The notes beneath the pieces were generated by a model that saw only the letters and a program-made list of their open reading frames with translations, was not told the DNA's origin and searched no databases. Below, in pieces: positions 25,364-38,330 of a stretch of DNA of 64,000 bases; position 1 is the stretch's first letter; every line of letters starts with the position of its first letter. The position numbers and the translations under genes are program-made. Location of the stretch: contig JAQFVV010000005.1 in the NCBI GenBank assembly GCA_028023455.1, positions 10,850,001 through 10,914,000 on the forward strand. The letters run 5' to 3'. The stretch is from Epiperipatus broadwayi (taxonomy: Eukaryota; Animalia; Onychophora).

Positions 25364-26577
25364 ATATCCAGTACAATTTTATATAGAGACTTACTTAGCA
25401 TCTAACAAAGTTAACTACTCTCATGGGTAACCATTTGCTTGATATAAATGCATATATTATTTTTATTATTACAATGTTTTATTGCACAAATGATTCTTCC
25501 AATATAAGAAAGTAAATTACATTTTTAAATATTTTTTGAACAATAAAATCAAATAATTGAATTTTTAAATAAAATAAGTAGTAATTCAAATTCAATATTT
25601 TTAATTGAAATGCATTCTCAATGTCAAACTCAGTTTTTAAACGTAGATTTAATTCCAAGAAAATGTTCAATTTTTAATTGCTTTTATTTCTTGTTAATAA
25701 AACTTGTCCCAGATCCGTTTAAAATGATTTTTCTATTTTTCATATATTAAAACACTGTACTTTTGTTTCATTTACATGAGTATGGAATGATATAGAAAAT
25801 TTTTAGGACTAACTAAGAACAGTATTTCAACCACTCCTATGCTTTTAAATGGTATTAAATTGGAAGGATTAAAAATACTTTAATAAGTATTAATTATTCT
25901 ATTAATTATGTGATAATAACTATTAGAATCACTAACATTTTTTTTCTTACTTTGATTCATCATTAATTTGATCAGTTTGTTATAATTAACACATAATGTG
26001 TGTTCATAAATGAAATAAATACCTTTCTCTTTGCTTATATGTGCAGTCCATCTTGAGACCATGGAAATCATTCTAATTCAAATTTTACCTATTCTGTTAT
26101 CTGAACAATAATTTATATGATGTTTTAGTGTATACAATTAAGATCACTAAATATAACAATCCATAAAAGTAATATTTATTAATTTTTTATGACAAAATTA
26201 CAAATAAAATACAATGAGGAAGATTTCTTTGGTCAGATGGTGCATAATTACTAAAAAAAAATTCATGTACAAATGGATTGTATGTTCCTTTTATTGAATA
26301 ATAAATTTTAACTTCTGCAGTTCCTTCTTTAGTAGAAATTATTTCTTTTCTAAAGAACAAGTTCTAAAAATTTCTATGACATTATTCTCTGATTGTGCTC
26401 TGTCCACTAAGTGGCTCCATTAATAATGCTTTTTTATTAGCTTTTTATTAATATTTACCAATCTTATAGACATGGTAAAATTATGACAATCCTTTTGTTA
26501 AGGTCGATTTTAGTAATTCCCCTGTTACCACTTTTAAATTTTTTTCATTTCCTTTAACAAAAATATTTTTTACATTA

Positions 26578-28338
26578 TCACATAAATTGTATAAGAATTT
26601 CTATAGTATAATCAGTGAAATGACTAGCTTCATGCTTATCAATTATACATTTCTCAATGTCTTTATAATCACACAAACAACACATGAATACATCAGTACT
26701 ACAATTATTCTCCACGTTCTTTACATTCTTCTTAATCTTCAGAGAAGATACATCAAAAGTACACATTTTATGGTTTACCAAAATACTTTGAGAAATTAGT
26801 TTGCTATTAAGTTTTATTTTTGTATGCAATTTTTCATGTTGGGTTAATCTATTTTTTAAAGTAGTTTTATAATCACATAAACTGCATTGCAATATTTCTT
26901 CTCTTTTATGTTTTATTCTATGTAAATTTAAATTCCATTCTGTAGTTGTCTTGTAATTACATAAATCGCAATGGAAAGTTTTTTCATGTGCATGTTTTCG
27001 TTCATGCAACTTTAAGTTTTGTTTAACAACAGTTTTATAATCACAGAAGTTACAATGAAAAGAATATTTCCCCATATGGATAGCTTCATGCAATTTCAAA
27101 CTCTGTTTTAATGCTGCCTTATATTCACAAAATCGACAGTGAAAAGGTTTTGTTCCTGTATGTCTTACTTCATGCAATTTGAGATATTCTTTTCTAGCAC
27201 TCTTATAATCACATAAGTTGCAGTGGAATGGCTTTTCACCAGTATGTGTTTTACTATGTAGTAATAAATGTTTTTTGTTACCACTACTATAATCACACAA
27301 GGGACAATGGAAGGGCTTTTCTCCTGTATGGATTCTTTCATGTTCTATTAAATTCTGTTTTGTAGCAGACCTTAAATCACAGAATCTACATTGGAAAGGT
27401 TTATCACCTGTATGTGTTCTTTCGTGCACTTTTAAACTGTGTTTTACAGAACACTTAAAATCACACCATTTACAATGGAATGGTTTTTCTCCTGTATGTG
27501 TTCTTAGATGGATTTTTAAGCCTCCTTTTATAGCAGACTTGTAATCACAGAATTTGCAGTGGAATGGGTGTTCTCCTGTATGTCTTTTTTCATGCAAGCC
27601 TAAGTTCCTTTTTACACCAGTTTTATAATCACATGAACTACAGTGGTAAGGTTTTTCTCCTGTGTGTTTTCTTTCATGTTCAACTAATTGCCCTTTATAA
27701 GTGGCATTATAATTACAAAAATTGCAATTGAAAAGATGTTCTCCTGTATGTGTTCTTTCATGCACTTTTAAGTTTTGCTTGGTAAAACATTCATAATCAC
27801 AAAAGCTACAATGGAAAGGTTTTTCACCTGTATGCCTTCTTTTATGTTCTATTAATCGACTTTTTTGGGTGGTATTATAAATACAAAAATTGCAGTGAAA
27901 AACTTTTTCTCCCGTATGTGTCCTTTTATGGATTTTTATGGTTTCTTTTGCAGTAGATTCATAATTGCACAATTTGCAATGGAAAGGTTTTTCTCTAGTA
28001 TGTTCTTTTTCATGCAACTTTAAATTTCTCTTGGCAGCAGTTTCATAATCACACAACATACAGTGGAAAGGCTTTTCTCCTGTGTGTTTTCTTTCATGTT
28101 CAATTAATCGTAATTTCCTTGTGGTATTATAATTACAAAAGTTGCAATGGAAAACTTTTTCTCCTGTATGTGTTCTTTGGTGCATTTTTAAACTTTGTTT
28201 ACCTAAGGTCTCATAATCACACAAGCTGCAATGGAAAGGTATTTTCTGTATATGTTTTGTTTCATGTTTTATTAAATTTGTTTTAGCAGTAGTAGTGTAT
28301 TTACAACAGTTGCATTGGAACATTTCTTCTTCAGTCAT
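26578..28338 (-). CDS. C2H2 multi-zinc-finger protein (586 aa; 18 tandem fingers plus 1 C-terminal finger), likely transcription factor
   Basis: Intact ORF of repeated F-x-C-x2-C-D/N-Y-x7-L-x2-H-x3-H units with TGEKPF linkers. No KRAB, ZAD or BTB domain recognisable in the ORF. Confidence 0.93.
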   Translation of the reverse strand: MTEEEMFQCNCCKYTTTAKTNLIKHETKHIQKIPFHCSLCDYETLGKQSLKMHQRTHTGEKVFHCNFCNYNTTRKLRLIEHERKHTGEKPFHCMLCDYETAAKRNLKLHEKEHTREKPFHCKLCNYESTAKETIKIHKRTHTGEKVFHCNFCIYNTTQKSRLIEHKRRHTGEKPFHCSFCDYECFTKQNLKVHERTHTGEHLFNCNFCNYNATYKGQLVEHERKHTGEKPYHCSSCDYKTGVKRNLGLHEKRHTGEHPFHCKFCDYKSAIKGGLKIHLRTHTGEKPFHCKWCDFKCSVKHSLKVHERTHTGDKPFQCRFCDLRSATKQNLIEHERIHTGEKPFHCPLCDYSSGNKKHLLLHSKTHTGEKPFHCNLCDYKSARKEYLKLHEVRHTGTKPFHCRFCEYKAALKQSLKLHEAIHMGKYSFHCNFCDYKTVVKQNLKLHERKHAHEKTFHCDLCNYKTTTEWNLNLHRIKHKREEILQCSLCDYKTTLKNRLTQHEKLHTKIKLNSKLISQSILVNHKMCTFDVSSLKIKKNVKNVENNCSTDVFMCCLCDYKDIEKCIIDKHEASHFTDYTIEILIQFM

Positions 28339-31300
28339 TATATGGATTTTAAATTATTTTACACTAATCTTGGGATCAGACAAATTGGAAAACATTTTTT
28401 CCTGTATGAATCTTTTCATGAATTTTAAAACCATTTATTTCTTGTGCAATTTTCTAACTGCAAACATTAGAATGAATTATTTTACATAATTTTAAATAAT
28501 TTCTAACATTAATGATATTATACAATTGGTCTTCAAGTTTTTTTTTGTAATCACTTTTTTATCCAATTTCAAGTACTTTAAGATTCTCAGACTACATTTT
28601 GTTTCTATAGATTTATTTATGAAATGATACAGCATTTTATAGCATTCTTCCTTACAAAAAAAAATGTTCTAGTATTTAACATATATGAATGGCAATCAGA
28701 AAACTTACAAGTATAAATTTGGAAACACTACATTATGAGTTTCAGATTAATAATGTACCTTAAAATAGTTAATCAACTGATGTAAATATCAAATGGAAAA
28801 CAAGTTATAGTTATGATGATGCACTTAATGGTATATTTACAAAAAAAAAAATTATGATAAAAAAATCACAATGTTGGCAAGAATTATGACTGTTTTGCAA
28901 AGTAGAATGGAAGGCATAGGCACATCTGATTTGAGAACTATATGGATAGAATTGTAAACAGTGATCATCATTCTATATTTCATTGTTGCCTGTTAAACAA
29001 TTTTAAATTGTTTTCTTTTATGTTATTTTCATAAAAAAGCATTCAAAAAGATATTTATTTACTCTGTTAACAATAATTATAGCTTACAATTCGCAGTAGA
29101 AAAAAATTAAACTGCATATCTTTAAATGTAACTTTTGGAAAATAATAAAGAACCATTATAATAGTAGTAATATCTTATAGTTGTATTTCTTATTTACATT
29201 CTTTTACATAATTGTAAAAATTATTTTCACATCATAATAAATATATAAGTAACATATAATTGGTAATGTCAACTTGTTTTGTGAATAATAAAATTCTTAG
29301 TAATTATCAATACTTTCCACAGCAGATAATAAGATATAATACTATCACTTTCATATAAATCTTACATAATGTTCAATTCAACATTTCTTTATTCTTTTAT
29401 AATAGTTACTTTGTTTGTAATCTTGTGAATGAGTGATTAATAATTTGAATTGGTAAACAGGTATTCAATCCTAAGTTTATCATTTCAATCAGTTTTAAAT
29501 TCAATTATTTCTCAATATTTTTTCTATTTTCTTACAATATGGATAGCCAGATAGTTTTTTTTATATATATAAAATTATTAGACATATATATATAATCAAC
29601 CCATTTTATGCTATTTGTATATCATTTTTCTGACTGAGAAATTAAATTGTACAACTATTTTTAAATTACCATATATAGAAAGTCAGTTTTGAAAATAAAG
29701 CACATTTTTATCAGGTGTTTTTTGATGACAGTTAGTGTTTATATTTCTTGATTTAATAAAAGCTCACAATCCTTTGGTTCAGAACACTTCTGATGAAAGA
29801 ATAACAAATCATTAATGGCAATTAATCATATTTATTGATGTGAGTGATGGTATTCATTTCATAGATTATTGAATCAAGACATGATAAGATTCCAATGATC
29901 CTGGAACTGAAGGTGGCAGACTGCATCAAACTTCTAAAGACTTCTTAAGTAATAAAACCACTTGATTATTTTACTTGAAAGGGTAGAGAGTCAAGGACAT
30001 CTTGAAAATGAGGCTGGACAAACTTCTCACAATGGATCATAGTAATTCATTGATTATACCTACATCTTTATAAAACTTTTTGAAGTAGCTTCAAGGATGA
30101 AGTGGTCATAATGATCATCATATTTACCTTGAGATATTTGAGAATTGATTTTTTTTTTGTTTCAAATAATTTCCAACCTAAATATAAAAAAATAATACAA
30201 ACATAATTATGATTTTTGATAAATGATGGTGTGTTAATATCTTATGGTTATTTATATATACTGGGGGGGGGGGGGAAATGTTTAAAGAAATTTATAAGTA
30301 TTAAGCATTAAATATTTTACTTTATTCTGAAAGACTTTAAAATTGTCTGAAGATCTAATCTTCAAATAGATAACTTAAAATCAAAGAAGGCAAGAAAGAA
30401 TAAACAAGAAAAATACACCAATTCATGCAAAGTAGTTGATATAACCAAAAGAGTAGATTTATAAAGTTTATATGATGCTTGTGATAATAATTTTTCATTT
30501 GTGATAAACATAAAATTCTAAAATTATATATGTAGCAAGTAGAAAAGTCAATTAGGGCAAAAAATAAACAAAATATGTAATTAATTTCTTAAGTAATATA
30601 ATTAAAAACATAAAGTAAAAACTTGATAAAAACAAGATTTAAAAAATGAGAATGGATGCAAAACATAAACATCAACATTTGCATAGACATAATGCCAATA
30701 CCTAAGATATATTCAGAAATGAATGAATTGGTAAGTCATACAATTAAACACTAAGAAAACTAGTAGAAGAATGAGATCTTTTATAATTAGCAATTAAAAT
30801 AAAATTAAGAGACAACTTTATTCAGTTATCAACAAGTAATCTATTAATCAACAAAATATTGTTGATATAAAAGTATTTACTGATAAAAATAAGCTTCATT
30901 TTTTCAGTTGTTTCATTCACAGATCTTTGTCTGATTTGTATATTATAAAGAAAGTCAACAAACAATGAAAAAAAAGTGTATTAAGACCTTTAAACTACAA
31001 TAATATATATAAAAAAGAAAAACTAGACATATAGAATATATAAAAAAAAGGTTATTTAAAAACATGAAGCCCCCACCCAAAAAAAACCAGCAGCAAATCA
31101 TATAAAACTATATCAGTTAGGTTAGAAGTAGTATATAATTTATGGAACTCTAATTAATCAGATCATATAATTATACCTATGAGAAGATAAACAATTTCTT
31201 TAAATGTGTTTATCTTATGTTGACAGTTATGCACATAGATTCTATGTACATGTAAGCATGACACTTTACATGCACAAATGTACACATATTTGTTACAGAA

Positions 31301-31804
31301 CTTGTATACAAGAATAAAAACATATCAGATTTTGCAACTTATACTTTATGTTAATTGATTCAATTTAATATGGAATATTCTTTATTATTTATAGTTATAT
31401 AATGATTATATATCTAGATATAAAAAAAATTAAATTGGATGCAAAAACATATTTTTATTCAATTATCTTTGAAAAAATAGTGCTATGAATTTTATTTAAT
31501 GTCACTCAAAAATTAACTTACCACAGTTTTAAAATAACATGATACATTATATGTAAAATGTATGACTAAAAAATTAAGTAGAAAGTTATCATTCTTCTTC
31601 TAAACTATAACATCATGGTTATCTGCCAAGTTTTAGTTTTTAAGAATTAGAATAATTGTTTCAATTCATGGCTAAATAAAGTTCATCTTTCTGTTGTATT
31701 CAATAATAATTTTAATTACCATTTTAGAATTTATGATTTAAAATTTGAAGATTTTCTATCTGAATATAAAACTGAGCACTGATTATATATATATGTAGCA
31801 GATG

Positions 31805-31861
31805 ATGATCTGGATAACTGATGAGTGCTGATTCAACATGAAATACGTATATGGAGATCAT
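31805..31861 (+). ncRNA. Degenerate minimal type-I hammerhead ribozyme (third family)
   Basis: atgatct-ggataa-CTGATGA(31818-24)-gtgct gattc aacat-GAAA(31840-43)-tacgta-T-A-tgg-agatcat. Helix III palindrome ATACGTAT; distal helix I atgatct/agatcat. Confidence 0.55.
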
Positions 31862-31898
31862 TTCTCTTTTTCATGTCCGATCATGTGTATCAGTTATA

Positions 31899-31948
31899 TG
31901 GAATAGATTGGATAACCGAAGAGAACTTGAAAGTCTGTGTTCAAATCC
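31899..31948 (+). promoter_or_regulatory. Possible Pol III A/B boxes (tRNA-derived SINE head remnant)
   Basis: tggaatagattgg (A-like, 31899-31911) and gttcaaatcc (B-like, 31939-31948) at tRNA-like spacing. Confidence 0.3.
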
Positions 31949-34900
31949 CCTATATTAGGTTTAAATGTTTATAATGCAAGTTATGCTAAATCACTCTGCA
32001 AACTCATGTTTATCACTTAAGCATATCATGGATAAATGGCATAATAATATTTCTTTTTCAATTATTATTTAAACTACATATAGAATCTACTGTTTTGGTA
32101 GTCCAAATAACAATTTTGGTAAAAATCATATTTTTATAGATATATCCTAATCAAAAAAGCATAAAATATTTCATCATAAAAAATAAGTATCCATATTTGC
32201 AATGCCATATCAAGTTATATAATGTAATATTCACACACAGAAGTATCACAATTATTTTTGTACACTTTGGAATAAATTGTAATTAAATTATAATCAAAGG
32301 TTTTTCTTTATTAGAATTATTTTTTAAATGTATATATGAACCAATATCAAGACAATCTAGTACATCTCAACATTCTTAATTTGGAATTTGTGTTCATTAC
32401 AAATTTCAACTTGCTTCTGTTGCATTATAACAAATTAAAAAGCAGAGTATTTTTCATAGTGATATAACTATTTCAATTAAGCAAATCATATGAGAAGTTA
32501 TTTTGCCAAGGTAATGGTATGGTAAATGGGATATAGATTATTATCAATAAATAACAATATCACTGAAAATACTTCATTCAAATTTTGTTGTCTTGAACTG
32601 ATTGCAAGATCATAAATCAATCAGGATGGTATATAACAATTGTTTGAAATGATTGCATTGAATCAACTATTGAAGGATATACTTGAAAGTAGGTATCATG
32701 AAATATATTTAACAAAAAAAGAAGTTATAATGATGCAATAAGGAAATTTGTTCAGTGGTTATTAATAGAAATTGAAAAATGTCAAAGAAGCAAATTAAAT
32801 GAATAATATCTAACATATGTGGACATGTACAATGTTCCTAATTAGTTTGTGTACTCATTATTTGTCTTATTCTTTTTTTTTTCTGGAGATGTAATAGTCA
32901 TACCCATGAAATATAACATTTTTCTGCAAATTACAAAATACACAACTGTGTAGCTACATCAAATTTACAAATAAAATATATACAAATTTATATTACGAAT
33001 AATTATACAATGTGACTATTTTGCCATGCAAAAAATAATTTTGTTCTTATTCTATTATTTAATTTTATAAAAATATAACAACAAAAATGCACATAAGAAT
33101 TGTATAATTTTTGTAATGTATGTAAATATTAAAGTGAAAAAATAATAATTACGTAAATAAATGATTTTAATGGCAATGAAATTAATAGAATTATCATTCC
33201 CCATCTTTCATTCTTACATTAAATGCATTAATTAACATTTAATCACTGATTTAGATAACTTATTTAATTTTTTTATTCAGATATCAGAGAAAAATAAATT
33301 CTGAAATGCTTTCTTTTTCAGATCTTGTAGCATAGCTAAAGCTACTGTTTGTTCTGATTGGTGAATTGGTTTATAAAGTAATGTATACTTAATCAGTTAA
33401 TTGAAGTTATATATAATAATAGACATTTCAACAACCATGCATTATTAAACAAGTCCAAAAAGCAGGTAACTTATATACAAAAATGGATAATTCAAAAAAC
33501 AAAATACTGCACTGACTATAAAATATAAAGCAAGTCGAAGATAAAACACATTACTTTTTTCCAACATTTTATTCTGTGAAAAATAGTTTGAAATATGTTC
33601 AAAATATACCACACAACATTGGAAAAAGCTAATTTATTTATAAAATATCTAAGTGAAAGTACAAAAAGAAGAAAAAATAAATTGTTAAGAGAAACATTAG
33701 CAAACTGTCTTTACCATTACCAAGTGAAAATGGAAATGTAGAATATCTAAATATAAATCTAAGTGGCCAGCATCAACATAACATCATCTCTATAAAGATG
33801 ACTGGCACAATCAAGAAGCATGTTGCAACAAAATCAATAAAACTAAGATATTATTGTTTAAGATATTTTCGTATAATTTTAAAAACAGTAATTTAAATGT
33901 GTATAAATAAGACTTATTTTCACAAATTCTAATGTGGCTCTCTCTAAAATATATAGGATTTAAAAAATAACTAGCTGTACAATTTCTATATTGTAACTGG
34001 TGATTATTGAGAAAAATATAATTCTATAAAACAATTCAGCAGATGCGTATTCATGGATTATTTCAATACTTTATAAAATATATTATGAAACAAAACTTTG
34101 TTCTATTATACTAATTATATATTTTTTAATATAACGCATGTAACAAATATAAATACAACATAAAAGGAAAAAATAAATTATCAAACGTTTCATAACTGTA
34201 CAACAAAAATAAATCATGTAAGTCTTGAGCAATAAATTGAAGATATTTATAGTGTAGATTGCTTTCTTTTAAAGGCAGATATAATAACTACACATCAAAG
34301 TATTTATCCATGGTTGGAGGGACATTTGCCAATGCGTAGCATCCTTTAAACACTAACTTATTCTAGTATTTAAAATTTGGAACTATATTACAAAATAATG
34401 AAACTCAATGCATCATTAAAAGGCGAAGCCCATTAATGCATTATTTTTAATTAAAATAAAAGCTTGCATTATGAATGAATAAGACGTTTTATATGACGTT
34501 AAAAAGATGCTTTAAGTCAAGCCGGGTTTCAAAACATTATTTTACAGCTTAATGTAAGGTGAAATAATAATAATAAAAAGTGATATATTTTGTTTTTTAA
34601 CTCACCAAAATCTAAAAGTGATTCTATTATATTTGACTGGTTACTATTCAGGAAATAAAATTACTGTGTATATAATAATATTGTAAAATACGCAGCCGCA
34701 AAGTCCAAGTGGAGACCTCTATTTTCGAAATATCGAAGTCAATATTGGTTGAATTAAAGATATCAGCAGCCGATAAATTTTTAATTTTTATGTTATTATA
34801 TTGTTAATAAAAAAAATTTATTTGCATTGATATATAAACACTAATCATATAAGAAACATCAACAGCATTTAAAAATTTTTTTTTAAATGCACATTAATTA

Positions 34901-35869
34901 AGAACTTTATTTTTAAGCATCTTGCCATATGTTATTTACATCCATATAAACAAATCGGGTTTTTTTTTCTTATCAAACTTAATATTTGTCCTGCTTCCAT
35001 TGCGTTAAAGTAATAAAAAACATTGATAAAAGTGATTATTTAGAAATAGTAGTTCAATTAATCAATGTTAATATTTGTAGAAATGAAAAAAAAATTAAAT
35101 AGAATTTTGGAAGAATTTGTCAAAAAGGAAATTGTGATCAAAAAACGACAAATGTAATAGGCCAAGTATCAAACCGATGCTCAGAAAATCACATGTGCAA
35201 GTAATTGTAACATGTTTCCTTTTATTTCTGTGTGGCTATTTAATAAAATTCGCATTTTTATCATCAGAGCTTCGGTGAAAGCAAAAAAACTAGCGTTATA
35301 TATTATGTTAAGATTTATAATCATGTGATAGACATTCTTGTCTATCAAATAACAACTCAAAATATAAGCATTTTTTATAAGAAAAATATCAATTTCAATA
35401 TGACTTACAGTTTCGGAATCAATCACTACTTTTCTATCTTTAATTATCATTAATCTGAAAATATATATCGTTGAAATACTGTAATATTCATCTCACCAAG
35501 TAATACACATACTAATTACTGACAATTAAAAACCGACTATGAATGTAAGTAAATGAAATGTTTGTAAAAGATAATGTATAATGCAATTAACTACATAACT
35601 GGCGAATGTGCTTGATTTGGACAATGTATAATAAGCTAAATTAAGAATCAAATCAGATAAGAATTCAAAAGGCAAGTTAATATTTCAGAGACTAATCATG
35701 GAGCTCATGGCCAGTATGAATGTCATGTTTATATGTGTGTGATAAAATAAATAGACATATAAAGCTAGAAAACAGTTATAAATAATTGTGGGTTGTATAT
35801 ATATGTCTGAGTATATGTGTGAATATTTTTACAATAGATATATACAATCATGACAGTCAAAAATAAATC

Positions 35870-36700
35870 ATGGCCCTTATTCCCAGGAGGCTGTAAAGTC
35901 ACCAATCAAGGCAGCAGTTGGTGACCGAAGGCGGAGAGTGCTAAGAATCCCCTGATTGTGGACTCAAGCTGCCATTTGATGATGACTTTTTATTTAGGTT
36001 CTTACAACTGCAGATCACTTTCAAGTGAAGAAAGATTGTAAGATTTAGAAGAACTGTCTTATATTAAATAGGACATTATTGGACTTTGTGAAGTTAGAAG
36101 AAAAGTTGAAAAGACAATTGATTTAAAAAGTAGACATGTGCTCTACTATAAAGGCACAAATATTGGAAATATAAGTGGAGTAGGATTCATTATAAATAAA
36201 AAGTGGAAGAACAACATTGTGGAGATTGATAGTGTATCAGATAGAGTGGCAAAATTAGTTATACAATTTAATAGCAGATACCAAATGCAGATAATATAGG
36301 TTTATGGCCCAACAAGTTCCCATAGTGATAAAGTAGTAGAAAATTTTTATATGGATCTACAAAAGGCTTTTGATCAGAGTAAACAACATTTTAAAATTAT
36401 GGGAAACTTTAATAGTAGAATTGGTAAACAAATGAAAGTGCTGTAGATAATTTTGATTATGGTAATAGAAATGAAAGAGGACAAAGGCACTTGTGCAGTT
36501 TGCAGAAAAATAAAAACTTTATATTATGAATTCTTTTTTTGAGAAAAATGTTAAAAGGACATGGACATGGAGGCATCTAAATAAAGGTATAGCAGATTTG
36601 GATATTTCGACTAACAGAAAATACATATTTCAAGATTGAAATGTGTTAAAACATTGCAAATATCATTATAAAACAATTAAAATGAAGTTCGTTCTTAAAC
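35870..36700 (+). mobile_element. RTE-clade LINE 5' part: UTR plus endonuclease, decayed
   Basis: From 35982: MTFYLGSYNCRSLSSEERL*...DIIGLCEVRR...SGVGFII...VYGPTS...MGNFNSRIG, with in-frame stops. Confidence 0.9.
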
Positions 36701-36822
36701 ATTTTGAAATCTAATAAGAATTATCCATCATTTCAAATGAAATGTATAAGATTCTCAAGAGTATGAGGATAATTGACATGATTTCATTTATGACATTCCA
36801 AAACATTTTTTCTCTGTAAATT

Positions 36823-38330
36823 TCATCATCATTTTCAATCAATATCAAGCCACTGCAGGTAAAAGTCTGTCCAAGTTCAATAGTTTCTCTGTTCTCCAGC
36901 TTCACTTGACCCAACACCCTTCTTTATTCATTCATCCATCTCATGTGAATGGCCTCTTTCTAGTTCTTTAACAATCTCAAAATCTGGTTTAAGATTTCAA
37001 CTATCCATCTATTATCATTTCTTTTAGCAATATGTTCAGCCCAATTTCATATGTCTTTTAATTCTTTCACTGATAATCAATATCAATTTATTTTCATGTA
37101 TTTTTTCAAACCCTCTTTTTATTATTACTAACATATATCTCTTTATACTTAATCTCTCTATTGCTCTTCTGTTAAGTAACCAATATTCATATCTATAAAT
37201 ATGAATTGGTATAACACATTTAAACCTTTCTTTTCAAACACATAGGCACTTATTTCTTTTATTATTTCTACTGAAAGCATTCCAAGTTTAATTCTATGTT
37301 TAATTTAATCTATTGTTTCCATCTGTAATAATAATCTGACCAGGATATTTGTGGTTGTTAATGTCTTTTAACTCATCTTTATCAATTATTTTCTTTCTTT
37401 GAGAAAAAATTTTAACATTTACCTTCCTTACTTACATACCGATAACTCTTGCAACATTTCCTGAAAACTTTGAAGCATTATTTGCAAAAACAATTTATTC
37501 CACAAAATATTTCTTGAAAAACTGCTGTAAAATGTTTTGGAGATAGTCTCTCTATCATATATTAATCTCAATGTTAATCGTCCTAGTATTATTAGGTAAT
37601 CTAATTGTTGCTGTGGTCGTTTTATAAATCTTCTTTAGAATGACAATATTCTGGGCCTATACCTTAATGATCCAATGCTTTAATCACTGGGGAAAAGCTT
37701 ATAGAATTTCATAATTTAAAAATCCAAAGCTTAATGGCAATTCATATTCATTGGTCTTTCTATAACTTATCTTAATGTTTGATATGATTTACTATACTAA
37801 AATCACTTTTGAATCTTGTTCTTTTGGTTGAGTAAAATCCAAACTTTGCTAAAAATGAGTTTTAATTATCTTGATAAAATCAATTTATATTGAACTGATA
37901 AGACTAATAAATTTGTAATTTTTAATATCTTTTTTATTATCTGTTATATCTTTATCATTTAAACATTTGGTATATAACTTTGCCAAACATTTTTTTATTC
38001 CCTTGCCTATTTTTTTAAAGAAATCAATTATAATTCCATCCTTATCTGGAGATTTTCTCTTCTTCATAGATTTAATTGTAATTCTCACTTCTTTTTTCAA
38101 AATTCTTTATTGTTATACAATTCTTGATAGAACTCTTCTACACATTTCATGTTATCTCTTGTTTTAGTAATAGTTTCATCATTTTTTCTTATTGCAGAAA
38201 TGTTTCATACCAATATGAAGATGTTGTTACATCTTTGAGATTTTTACTCTTTTCTATAATTCTAATTTGCTAATTCACAATTATATTTTATATCAATAAT
38301 TGTATTCAAATTCCATATGATATGACATTT
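36823..38330 (-). mobile_element. RTE-clade LINE 3' part: linker, RT, C-terminus and (tga)n tail, decayed
   Basis: VEEFYQELY, KSPDKDG..., NYKFISLIS, DTISPKHFTAVF-like, WAEHIAKRNDNRW and FYLQW*, followed by a tgatgatga tail at 36823-36831. Confidence 0.88.

Noticed and set aside
29790-29830. CTGATGA core-like heptamer (similar isolated hits at ~13250, ~14020, ~42285 and ~57105)
   Set aside because: No helix II/GAAA/cleavage-site arrangement follows; expected by chance.
36711-36917. 68-aa ORF MLGQVKLENRETIELGQTF...
   Set aside because: It is an off-frame reading of the RTE C-terminus and tail; the recognisable RTE motifs lie in other frames.
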